Assembly (NCBI GenBank): GCA_035221665.1
Contig: CM069138.1
Location: 70,308,001 to 70,372,000 of the forward strand
Direction: 5' to 3'
Source of the DNA: Okamejei kenojei
Taxonomy: Eukaryota
DNA length: 64,000 bases
Below are positions 11,061 through 21,834 of this stretch, one piece after another (the first letter of the stretch is position 1; the number at the start of each line of letters is the position of its first letter). Both the position numbers and the translations under genes were made by a program. The notes below the pieces were generated by a model. The model was not told where the DNA came from. It made no database searches and worked only from the letters and a program-made list of their open reading frames with translations.

Positions 11061-12087
11061 CAAGTTACCCTCAGCTTCCTACGCTTCCTACTCCCAGCCG
11101 ATCCAGTCTCTGTTTATAACTCAATCCTGCAATCCTTGTAACATGCTGGTAAAGATTTATTGCATCCTTTCCAGCTTAATAGCATATTTCCTACAGTGCT
11201 AATAACTGCACACAATACTCCAAATGTGGTCTCACCAACGTAACATGTAGCATGGCATTTCAACTCCTGCACTCAATACCCTTACTGATGAGGGACATCT
11301 CCCAAACATCTTTTTCATCAGCATGTCACAATTTTCAGTGAACTATGTACCTGTACAACAAAGTCTCTGCTCCACAACAATCTGCAGGTCCCCACCATTA
11401 ACTGTGTAAGTCCTTCCCTAGTTTGACTTGCCAAATTGCGTTACCTCACACTAGAGTTAAATTCCATTTGCCATTCCTAGACTCGCTTCCCTAGTTGATC
11501 CAGATCCTTTTATTAACTTCGATCGCTTTCCTCACTGTTCACTATACATCAATATTGATGTCATCCTCAAATTTGGGAACCGCGGTAATTGCATTGTTAT
11601 CCATATCGTTAATATAGATGACAACACTTAACAGAAAAATACATTCCATTACCACCCTCGGACTCCTTTCACCAACATAATTTTTAAGCCATTTGGCTTA
11701 GCTCCTCCTAGCTCCCATGTGATCTAGCCTTTTGGATTGGCCTACCATGCAGGCCTTGCCAACGGTCTTGCCAAGTCCATATAGATAACGTGCTCCACGT
11801 GGGATATGATTTCCCATATACAAAGCCATGCTAACTATCCATTTTCAGTCCTTACCTATCTAAATGCTGGTAGACCCTATCGCTCAGAATCCCCTTTAGT
11901 AACTTATCCACCACTGATGTCAGGCTCACAGGCCTATAGTTTCCCGGTTTGTCCTTACAGCACTTCTAAAATAAAGGTACATTAGCAACCTTCCAGTCCG
12001 TGATACTTTCCCCACGGCCAAAGATGATGCAAATATCTCTGGCAAGGCTTGAGAAATTTCTCCCTTAGCTTCCCACAATGTTGAAGG

Positions 12088-12552
12088 CAGGGCCGGCCTG
12101 AGAAGGTGTGGGGCCCAATTGGGAACAATTTTGGTGAGCCCCAGGTTCCCAGCCAAGGTCTGTAGAATCATAGAAATACAAATAAAGTCTATTATAGACT
12201 TTATATCTCTATGGTAGAATGGAAAGTAATCAAAATGTGCGCTTAAAAAGTGCTGTGAGTTAATGGACCAAACAGATCTAAGCTACATTTTAATATAGAA
12301 TTGCATACATGTAAGCCTACAAATAACAAACAAAATGAGTAGATCACCTCTAAAAAGTACATAGTTATAATACCACTTATTTTAGTGAATGTGAAATGAA
12401 AAAAAATAATAATAATTAACTAGATCCTGGCAAACCAATAACTATTGGCGAAAAACCAGTCCAGGCATTAAATTTTGGGCTTCAGCCCCATCCTACCCTT
12501 TGAGCTTCTACCCCATCCTAACTTAGTTTTGTGCGTGTGCGTGTGTGTGTGC

Positions 12553-12607
<55 letters not shown>

Positions 12608-13205
12608 AGTTGTCTGTGCGTTATGTGTGTGTGCGTGGGAGGGAAGGAGGGAAGGGAGGGAGAAGAAGGGAGGGAGGGAAGTAGAGAAAGATGGGAGGGA
12701 GGGAAGGAGAGAAAGAAGGGAGGGAGGGAAGGAGAGAAGGGAAGGGGAGGGGAGAGGGGAGGGAGGGAAGGGGAGAAGGGAGGGAGAAGGCAGGCGGCGA
12801 GAGCGGATGCCGGGGTCCAGGCAAACGCATGTGAGCTGAGGCCAAGGTTTGTAAACGTTGCTTCAAACCTCCCTTTGTATTGTTCACTGCATCTCCCCGG
12901 GGAGAGAGAGGGTTGGAGCCGGGGCTGTGTGCGTGAAGCACGGCGACTGGGGGGGCAGGAACGCTGCCCTGGAACTCTGAGGGAATGACCCACCTACCCC
13001 TTCTCCATTCCCCCTCCCCATCAACCCCTTTCTTCCTCCTCCACCCCTCTATTCTCTCTCCACCCCTCTCTCCCCACTCCACACGGGGTAGATCTACCCG
13101 AGCCAAGAGTAGATTACTCCAGAGATCCTAGAGCGGAGCTTTGGATTACTCTAGCGCGGGGCCCAATTTGGAGCAATCGGTCCAATCAGCTTAAGGCCGG
13201 CCCTG
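12088..13205. mobile_element. Non-autonomous hAT element
   Basis: TIRs CAGGGCCGGCCT/AGGCCGGCCCTG; perfect 8-bp TSD GTTGAAGG (12080-12087, 13206-13213). Confidence 0.9.
12530..12790. repeat. (GT)n microsatellite followed by a GA-rich purine tract
   Basis: Directly visible. Confidence 0.95.
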
Positions 13206-13524
13206 GTTGAAGGATACACTTGGTCAAACTGTAAGATTTATCCATCTTAATAAACTCTTAGCATCTTCTCATTTATAGTTCAGATATAGTCCAATCCATC
13301 GTTACAATTTTTCTCGATTCCTTTGCTTCCATGAGCTTGTCCTCAGTATATTAAGATGAAACATATTATATTCACACCTGGCTCTTCTTCTGTGGCTCGA
13401 TACTTAGATTCCCACATTGGTCCTTAAGGAGAACTCTTCACTCCGTTGTTATGCTTTAGCTCTTAACATGCTTGCAGAATCTCTTAGGATTTTCTTTATC
13501 TTGTCTGACAGATCAAAATAATGA

Positions 13525-14350
13525 TGAAGCTCATTCCTGCAAGGCTTCTGGACTTCCTGACCAGCAGAGTTCAGGCGGTTAGAAATAGTGAGAATATTTT
13601 TTGCCACACTGACCCTCAACACATGTACCCCTCAAGGTTGTGCTTAGCCCCCTGCTCTACTCTCTGTACACCCATGATTCCATGGCCAAGTATGGGGCAA
13701 TTTGATCTATAAGTCATCCGATGATATCAAGTTGACAGCTGGATCAACAGCAAAGATAAGATGGAGTACAGGGAAGAGATCAGGAACCTTGTATCCTGGT
13801 GTCAGAACAACAACCTAGGCCTTAATGTCAGCGAGACAAAGAGTTGGTTGTTGACCTAAGGATAGGGCAGTGGGGGCCCAACCCTGTCCCCTCATCTGAG
13901 CTGCTGCCGAGATCATTGACAGCTTCAAGTTCTGGGGCATCCATATTACCAGCAACCTAACCTGCTTCCTCCACACAATGTGGTGATCAAGAATGCACAT
14001 CAAATAATTTTCTTTCTTGGGTGTCTGAGAAGATTCAACATGTCCATGAGGATTCTCTCAAACTATTATAGATGTGCTATAGAAAGTATTCTGATGGGAT
14101 GCATCTCAGCCCAGGTATGGTAACTGCTCTGCTTGGGCTAATTCTTCTTCTCTCTTCCACCATCTGGGAGAAGATATAAGCATATGAAAGACCCAGATGT
14201 GCAGATAAGAGCAGCTTCAGATATGAAGAAGGAACTCGACCCGAAACATCACCTATTCCTTTATTCCAGAGATGCTGTCTGACCCACTGAATTAGTCCAG
14301 CTGTTTATGTCTTTCTTTCGCTTCTTTCCCACTGCTTTCAGACTCCTGAA
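13525..14350 (+). mobile_element. Rex1/Babar-type LINE fragment with a nested Penelope repeat (~14220-14318)
   Basis: LDFLTSRVQAV, tggtgtcagaacaacaacct, cagcttcaagttc segments. Confidence 0.7.
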
Positions 14351-14408
14351 CCAATCACTATTTTCACAGTTTTATTCTTATGTGTACCTCATTCAGCTCT
14401 TGTAGTAA

Positions 14409-14462
14409 GGGGTGGAAGATTGCAACCTTCACGTGGTCCGCCCTGTTTCAATGAATGCAATC
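14409..14462 (+). ncRNA. HDV-like ribozyme fold, probably inactive (catalytic C to T at 14452)
   Basis: P1, P2 (GATTGCA/TGCAATC) and P3 intact; J4/2 reads TGAA. Confidence 0.7.
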
Positions 14463-14547
14463 AACCCAGTGTGCACAATCAAATAAGATCAAATAGAACA
14501 AGTTGTCCTACAACTTTAGGCTGTGCACGCCATATGCAAGAAGAAGA
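14409..14547 (+). mobile_element. HDV-ribozyme-headed short retroelement (copy 2)
   Basis: 8-bp TSD TGTAGTAA (14401-14408, 14549-14556); AAGAAGAAG tail. Confidence 0.88.
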
Positions 14548-14966
14548 CTGTAGTAACATTTTTCACACTACTTCAGATTGCATTACAATCTGCTGCAACA
14601 TTCTGCTGTTTTGCATTTGTTGTTGTATCAAGAATAACTATACTGTCCACTCCACAAGCTTTATGCAAAAAAGGAATTGAATTGCAACCTGGTATAATAG
14701 TTTATAACAATAAACTAATCTGCATCTGTACCTTAAAGCCAGACATTCCTTTACCTGTAAATTAATCTTTGCAAGTTTCTGTATAATACCTTCAAAATTG
14801 GCCTTGCCTCAATTTAGGTCTTTAACTTGTGGACCCAGTCAATATGCGGGTATTAAAATTCACACTGTTCGAACCCTATTATTCTTGCAACCATCTGCCA
14901 TCTTCCTAGATATTTGCTTAGATTATTCCCGTTGATTATTCAGGAGCCCATCAAAGTGATCATCCA

Positions 14967-15199
14967 TAGACACAAAATGCTGGAGTAACTCAGCGAGACA
15001 GGCAGCATCTCTGGAGTGAAATAATGGGTGACAGTTCTGGTGGAGACCCATCTCCAGACCCTTCTTCCTGTGTAAAGAAGGGTCTTGACCCGAAACTTCA
15101 CCCATTCCTTCTCTCCAGAGATGCTGCTTATCTCACTGAGTTATTCAGCATTTTGTGTCTATCTTTGGTTTAAACCAGCATCTGTAGTTCCTTCCTATA
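14967..15199. mobile_element. Inverted pair of Penelope-derived repeats
   Basis: rc copy followed by a forward copy; 15-bp TSD caaagtga(t/c)catcca at 14952-14966 and 15200-15214. Confidence 0.8.
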
Positions 15200-15214
15200 C
15201 AAAGTGACCATCCA

Positions 15215-16612
15215 CCTTTTCTTTCTAAATTACATCCACGATCCCTCAGGAATATCCTGTCTCAGTACTGCCATGATGTCCTGCCTAATCAAAATACAAC
15301 TCCCCCTTCTCTCTTAGCTGCAACTCTAACACTCCAGTAGCATTTGTACTTGGGACCATTGAGCTGCCAATCCTGCCCTTCTCCCTGCCATGTTTCCGTT
15401 ATTGCTATAACATCCCAGTGCCAAACACACCAATCCATTCCCTGAGTTCATCTCTCTTTCTTCAATTTCCTCAATTAAAATAAATGCAGCTTAGTCTATC
15501 AGACCTTCCTCGCTCCCTGACTTGCCCCTGCCCGCCCTCTTTACTGAAGGTACTCACATTAACATTTCTATCAAGATCTAGTTCTTCATCTGTCACACTA
15601 GTGCTACTTGAGTCGGACTAGCAGATCTCCCTACAAGAATATCGGTGCTCCTCTAATGCAGATGCAATGTGTCCCTCATGTACAGGTCCCACCTTCTCTG
15701 AAAGAGTGCCCAATGATCTATATACTTGAAAACCCTCACCCCTGCACCAATTCCTTAGTCAAATATTTAATTGTACCATCTTCCTGTTCCTCACCATGCT
15801 ACCATGCAACGTAGAGAGTAATCCTGAGATTACAACGTTAGAAGTCCTGCTTTACTATTTAGCTCCCCAAATTATCTTTGCAGGACTTTATCTGTCTTCT
15901 TACTTATGTCGTTGTTCCAATATGGACCACCATAAGACCCTAAGGCCATAAGATATAGGATCATAATCAGGCCATTGATTATGATGTGGAGTCTGTTCCG
16001 CCATTCAGTCAAGGCTGATCTTTTTTTGTCTCTCAACCTCATTCTCCGGCTTTCTCCAAACAATTTTTGACGCCATTACTAACCAAGAACCTAGCAATCT
16101 TTGAACATGACCTCTGGCTGCTCACCCTCCCCTTTCAGTCCTGTGCCCACTCTAAGACATTCTTGACCCTGGCACTAGGGAGCCAACACTTTGTAGTCTC
16201 ACACAGCCACAGAAATACCTATCTGGATCTGTGCTGTTGACTACAGAGTCCCCTATCACAATTGCTCGCCCAGTTTTTGCCCCACCTTGCTTTGAGCAGA
16301 GCCAGACGTGGTGCCAGTGATATGACTGCTGTTGCTGTTTCCTCTGAGAATCTATCCCCTCAACAGTTTCCAAAGCAGTATACTTGTTTGAGAGGGGAAT
16401 AACCGCAGGAGACTCCTGCACTGCCTGGTGGTCACCCATTTATCTGACTGAAACTGTGGTGCGACCAGCTCCTTGAAACTAGTATCAATTGCACCCTGTG
16501 CCTCCTGTATGCTCCTCGGTTTGTCTAGCTGCCGCACCTGTAGGAGTTACACACTTTCTTTATATGTAATTGTCAAGGACACCTGACTTGTCCTTAATTT
16601 TCCACATTTGAT
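15215..16612 (-). mobile_element. CR1 LINE remnants including ORF1 esterase-like region
   Basis: AVIPLSNKYTALETVEG...RAIVIGDSVV (GDS motif of CR1 ORF1 esterase); includes a separate CR1 tail at ~15950-16100. Confidence 0.65.
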
Positions 16613-16614
16613 AC

Positions 16615-16929
16615 AGGGCGGCACGGTGGGGCAACGGTAGAGTTGCTGCCTTACAGCACCAGAGACCAGGGTTCAATCCTGACTATGGGTGCTCTCTGCA
16701 TGGAGTTCGTATGTACTCCCCATGACCTGCATGGGTTTTCTCCGTGAGCTCTGGTTTCCACCCACACGCCAAGGACGTACAGATTTGTAGGTTAATTGGC
16801 TTGGTATCATTGTAAAATGTCCCTAGTGTGTGTAGGATAGCACTAGTGTGCGGGGATTGCCAGTAGGCGTGGATCCAGTGCGCCGAATGGCCTGTTTCTG
16901 TGCTGTATCTTTAAACTAAACTAAACTAG
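16615..16929 (+). mobile_element. Full-length V-SINE/HE1-like tRNA-derived SINE
   Basis: tRNA-like head with B box gggttcaatcc, central core, CR1-like 3' segment, (aaact)n tail. Confidence 0.9.
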
Positions 16930-19641
16930 ACAGGAGGTACATACCACTGCACTGCACGTCATTACAAAAAAAAATCTGAGAAGAAAGGAATAGACCTACC
17001 TTGGCCTCAACCTGCTCACCAACTCAAGCCCTTCTCAAAATGGCCACCCCAAGATGGCTACTCCATTCTGGCCTTCCTTTCATTCACTGCCTATGCTGGA
17101 CACTAAAATAACCTTGAAGTTCTTAGATGGAGCAATCCTAGATGTTTTTTCTCGCAGTTATCAGAAGGTTCACAGCAATATGATAGCTTCATCAACATGT
17201 TCATATTGTAAGCTGAATAAATACATTGCAAGGTTGTGTCTCCAAAGAGCTAAAGGTAGTAGTGGGTAAGTGAGGAGCACGGTTACATCATCCAAAATCA
17301 TTCATCCTAAGGGAAGTGTCTGAAAGGAATGGCGTTAATGGGAGGTTGAATTTTGTATGGTGATATTATAAACAATGTATCAATGCTGGTTGTCGTTTGT
17401 CAGTTTAATTTTGGTGGGTGCTCCCTTCTTCATGAGCTTGTGTGACTGATGCCTGCCAGTTAGCTGCTTATCCACCCCTTGCAGGCAGAGAAGGGAGAAT
17501 CATGTTATGCAGGGCTGGCAACATTGGGTGAGAGTTGGGAGTGAGAAATTGCGAGAGACCAAGCGCAAGGGAGCCTAGCGACCAAGAGGGGGTGGGTGTG
17601 GGAAGGTGGGGTGTGGGAGGGGGGTGTCCCCCCTCCAATGGTACAGAGCTTTTGCATTTTTTCAGCTTGAAATTGTACAATCTGGTGCATACTGTAGCGA
17701 GTCTTTTAACTTAATCTTGAATGCAAAATGTATGCTTTAAATTGGATTAGCTATGAATAAGGTTAGGCTAAATTACATTCCTAATTACATTCCACAGTGG
17801 AGCCAGGCTCTGATCAACAGATGCAGCACATGAATGATCTTAGTGTATTCATGTATGGAAATCAGATTATAATCAAACACTTGCCAATGTTGACCAACCT
17901 GGGTCTCACTGCACACCTGGTACTACTCCTGACCCTGACTCCAGATGCATACCTTCTTTCATTCCTGGCCCTGAGTTCAGCCTTACACCTGGCCCCCTAT
18001 TCTACCCTGATCATAGCTGCTTACCTGCTTAGGTTCCCAGTGCTGAACACTCCCATTGTCCCAGCTTTGACTGCACACCTAGTACTATTCCAGACCTTGA
18101 CTCTGGATGTACAATTTGCCTTGCTCCTAGCCCCTCTGCACTGACAATATTTTTTGGCCCACACATAAAGCCCCATATCAGACCCCCTGGACTTAACCTA
18201 TTACATTCAAGTTCACAGATGCTTATCCAATGCAGTAATCTTTTATGGGGCACTTCACAGACCAATTTCTGTATAACAAAATTTGCTACATCCATTGGCT
18301 TCTTTGTTATCTAACATGCTAGTTAATTTGTCAAGGAAATCATCCATTGGTTGAACACAATTTCTCATCCATAAAATTATACTCACTCAGCTGTATAAGT
18401 ATTCTGTTACAATTTCCTTCATTTTCCGAACAAACTGTCCTGAAGTCATTTCCACCCCCAATATTTTCAGTATTTTGCCGTCTTCCTCTCAGCTGGGGCT
18501 TTTCCGAAATGCAAAGTCCAATAACTATATATTTAAGCAATATTATTCTATTAAATGTGATCTTGAGAGTACATAATATTTTCTGTGGTATTCATAACAC
18601 AACAATGATAAAAAGATCTTTGTTTTGATTGCACCTACCAACATGCATACATTATTATATTACAGTTAATATGTACCGAGGGCACATTTTTGTTCCAGTG
18701 CTCCCCATTCCCAATTACTTTTACCTTGAAGTGAATGAAATCCAAGTGAAGTTTAAATAGCATCAGAAAATAAAACCTCCGCAAATGATGATATTACGTG
18801 GTTGGTTGGAGTCAGTATCAGCACAATTACTATATTAAAATTTGAATCTTCAGATGTTCAAGCTAAAACTAAAGACAAATAATAACCTCCTCACACATTC
18901 CCCTGCAAGTATCTCTGTCACTCCTTTAAAATATGCCCCTTCTTTGAACAAGCTCTTGAACATCACATCTGAATCAGTTTCCATCTGATTACACTCCTTG
19001 AGGATGTTCATCTATGTGTTCAATTAATAATGTGTTTGATTAACAACGAAACAAGATTGAGGACATTTCTATTCAACCTGTCAAAGGAATTTGGGGGGGG
19101 GGGGTGGGGTTTAGAAATAGTCAGTGAGATCAACAAACATAATAGTTGAGTGGCTAATATTTAACTGAAGGGTTATCAGGGCTGTATGTTGTGTCAGACA
19201 GCCTGACACCTTGCATGTAATTTTAATATTACACCTATCCCATCCCCCCTTGATATTCTGGATTCATAAATTAAGGTTTTGTCAACTAATTACAAATCAG
19301 GCTAATTACAAATCAGTAACATTAGCCAACTTCGAAGCACGAAGCGCTGAGCATAGGGATCCAGACATCACGGACAACTGGCCTCAGTTCCACGCTCACC
19401 TCTGGCAGTGCTCTCTGTCTGAACAAGGGGCCATAGAACGTTTTTGGAAGTGGGGAGGCTGAGCGATCACTGATCACTGGCCTTGCGGGTACCCAACGAG
19501 GGAGTGGAGCAACCGAGTGGGGGGAGGGTAGGAAACGGGTGTAGTGGCCATTTGGCTTGTTTTATGTGTCGTTAATTATGGCATGTGTCTTAAAATTTTA
19601 GACTGCCTGTTCTGATTGTGGATATATAGTGCATGTTATTT

Positions 19642-19707
19642 TCCTCGTTAGTATAGTGGTTAGTATCCCCACCTGTCAAGCGGGAGACCGGGGTTCAATT
19701 CCCTGAC
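19642..19707 (+). pseudogene. tRNA-Asp(GTC) fragment, 3'-truncated
   Basis: tcctcgttagtatagtggttagtatccccacctgtcaagcgggagaccggggttcaattccctgac matches vertebrate tRNA-Asp; substitutions in the anticodon arm; 3' acceptor strand missing. Confidence 0.85.
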
Positions 19708-19943
19708 TTTTTGCTTTTGATATATGTTAAGCCTTCATGGCTACTTTTTTGATGTTTATTAATAATTGCCTCGTTATATACTCGGAACAATTAGGGGCCG
19801 GTATGTAGTGGCTATTTGGCTTGTTTTGTCTTGTCATTAATTATGGCATGTGTCTTTGCATTTTAGACTGCCCGTTATAATGTGGGTGGGATTTATGACG
19901 TATTCTAGGGCGTGTTTGGAACTAGGTTTCTTGCGCAGAAGCT

Positions 19944-20640
19944 TAGTTTTTGAAAGTAAGCATGCAGGTGCAGCAGGCTGTGAAGAAAGCGAATGGTATG
20001 TTGGCATTCATAGCAAAAGGATTTGAGTAAAAGAGCAGAGAGGTTCTACTGCAGTTGTACAGGGTCTTGGTGAGGCCACACCTGGAGTGTTGCGTACAGT
20101 TTTGGTCTCCTAATCTGAGGAAAGACATTCTTGCCACAAAGGGAGTACAGAGAAGGTTCACCAGACTGAATCCTGGGATGGCAGGACTTCCATATGAAGA
20201 AAGACTGGATAGACTCGGCTTGTACTCGCTGGAATTTAGAAGATTGAGGGGGGATCTTATAGAGACTTACAAAATTCTTAAGGGGTTGGACAGGCTAGAT
20301 GCAGGAAGATTGTTCCCGATGTTGGGGAACTCCAGAACAAGGGGTCACAGTTTAAGGATCAGGGGGAAGTCTTTTAGGACTGATATGAGAAAATAATTTT
20401 TCACACAGAGTGGTGAATCTGTGGAATTCTCTTCCACAGAAGGTAGTTGCGGCCAGTTCATTGGCTATATTTAAGAGGGAGTTAGATGTGGCCTTTGTTG
20501 GTAAAGGGATCAGGGGGTATGGAGGGAAGGCAGGTACAGGATACTGAGTTGGATGATCAGCCATGATCATATTGAATGGCGGTGCAGGCTCGAAGGGCCG
20601 AATCGCCTACTCCTGCACCTATTTTCTATGTTTCTATGTT
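19944..20640 (+). mobile_element. Young CR1/HER1 LINE 3' end
   Basis: LYRVLVRPHLECCVQFWSP...GLYSLEFRRLRGDLIETYKI...TRGHSL; tail ctatgtttctatgtt. Confidence 0.92.
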
Positions 20641-21099
20641 ATTAGTTTTGTTTTGGACTTGCATGAGGAAGGCATACCCTTTTACCATGGGAAGTGTAAC
20701 GGAGACACGAGGAGTTTTCTAACCTTTAAAGCGATAAGCTAGATTTCGATGAAGATTATAGTTTGCGAGTCAGAAGAAGGTTGGATGTATACCTTATTGT
20801 TTTTCATCAACAATAAAGAATCTATTAATCAAAAGACTGTTATGAAGATTTATCTGTGAAGAAGCTATGAAGGTCTCACGGAAAGCTCACATGCGTATTA
20901 CGACATTCTCCTTAATCATGTAGTCTAACTTAGTGACTAATGTCTTGAACAATATAAAAATCTGCCGCTATAAGTGGGGTGTCCCGCCCCTCCCACGGTA
21001 GGGACTTTTTGAAATTCTATGTGTTAAAATCATGTTTTAGTGCACTGTAGAAGTATGATTTCAATGTTTTTTGTTTGAAGTATTTTTAAGAGGTACCTT

Positions 21100-21332
21100 T
21101 TTAAGGGGTAACTTTTTCCATACAAAGTGTGGTGGGTGTATGCAACAAGTTGCCAGAGGAGGTAGTTGAGGCAGGGACTATCCCAACATTTAAGAAACAG
21201 TTAGACTGATACAAGGATAGGACAGGTTTGGCGGGATATGGACCAAAAGCAGCTAGTGTAGCTGGGACATGTTGGTGAGTGTGGGCAAGTTGCGCCGGAG
21301 GGCCTGTTTTCACGCTGTATCACTCTATGACT
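21100..21332 (+). mobile_element. CR1 3' fragment (second subfamily)
   Basis: gaggaggtagttgaggcaggg...gggcctgtttt..ctctatgact; same family as 54330-54948 and 59730-60108. Confidence 0.8.
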
Positions 21333-21401
21333 AGATTATACCTCCACCATGCATGAATGCTTCAAAATCAAGTGGTCGAATTTTATTGCCATATACTCAA
21401 G

Positions 21402-21585
21402 CATAGAAACATAGAAAATAGGTACAGGAATAGGCCATTTGGCCCTTTGAGCCAACACTGCCATTCAATATGATCATGGCTGTTCATCTAAAATCAGTAC
21501 CTCTTTCCTGTTTATCCCCCATATCCCTTGATTTTGCTCACCCCAAGAGCTACATGTAAATTCTTGAAAACATCCAGTGAATTGG
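21402..21585 (-). mobile_element. CR1 3' tail
   Basis: catagaaacatagaaaatagg..., rc of the tail at 20470-20640. Confidence 0.85.
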
Positions 21586-21588
21586 ATC

Positions 21589-21834
21589 CAACCACTGGTT
21601 GTCCTCCAGGATGCACCAAGCCGCAGCCTGATCCATGCCGGTCACCTGGGCTAATTCGGAACAGAGACTCTCACGGCAGCGGCGCAACGCTTCCGACACC
21701 TCCCACAGCCCAGGACTCTTGCACTGAGGCTGCTCCATGGCCGGAGCTGCAGCGAACGACTCGCCAGCCCAGAAAACAATTGCCAGCCCCGGCTCTCCGT
21801 CCGCATCTGTCCCCGGCGCTGCTTCTGCTTCCAT
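21589..21834 (-). pseudogene. TDP2: Captured 5' coding fragment of a TDP2-like gene (N-terminal UBA-like domain)
   Basis: Open frame MEAEAAPG...RRCRESLCSELAQVTGMDQAAAWCILEDNQW resembles the TDP2 N-terminus as I recall it (human KKRRLLCVEFASVASCDAAVAQCFLAENDW); CpG-rich; cut off by a CR1 tail. Confidence 0.55.

Larger units (their letters stand above)
11140..13510 (-). mobile_element. Decayed CR1 LINE ORF2 fragment, split by a hAT
   Basis: ctgcacacaatactccaaatgtggtctcacc and other CR1 RT-like segments on both sides of 12088-13205. Confidence 0.7.

Noticed and set aside
12475-13106. Several long overlapping ORFs (CVCVCV, HTHTHT, GREG-rich)
   Set aside because: Artefacts of (GT)n and purine tracts inside a hAT element
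19642-19707. Functional tRNA-Asp gene
   Set aside because: 3' acceptor strand missing and anticodon arm mismatched; listed as a pseudogene
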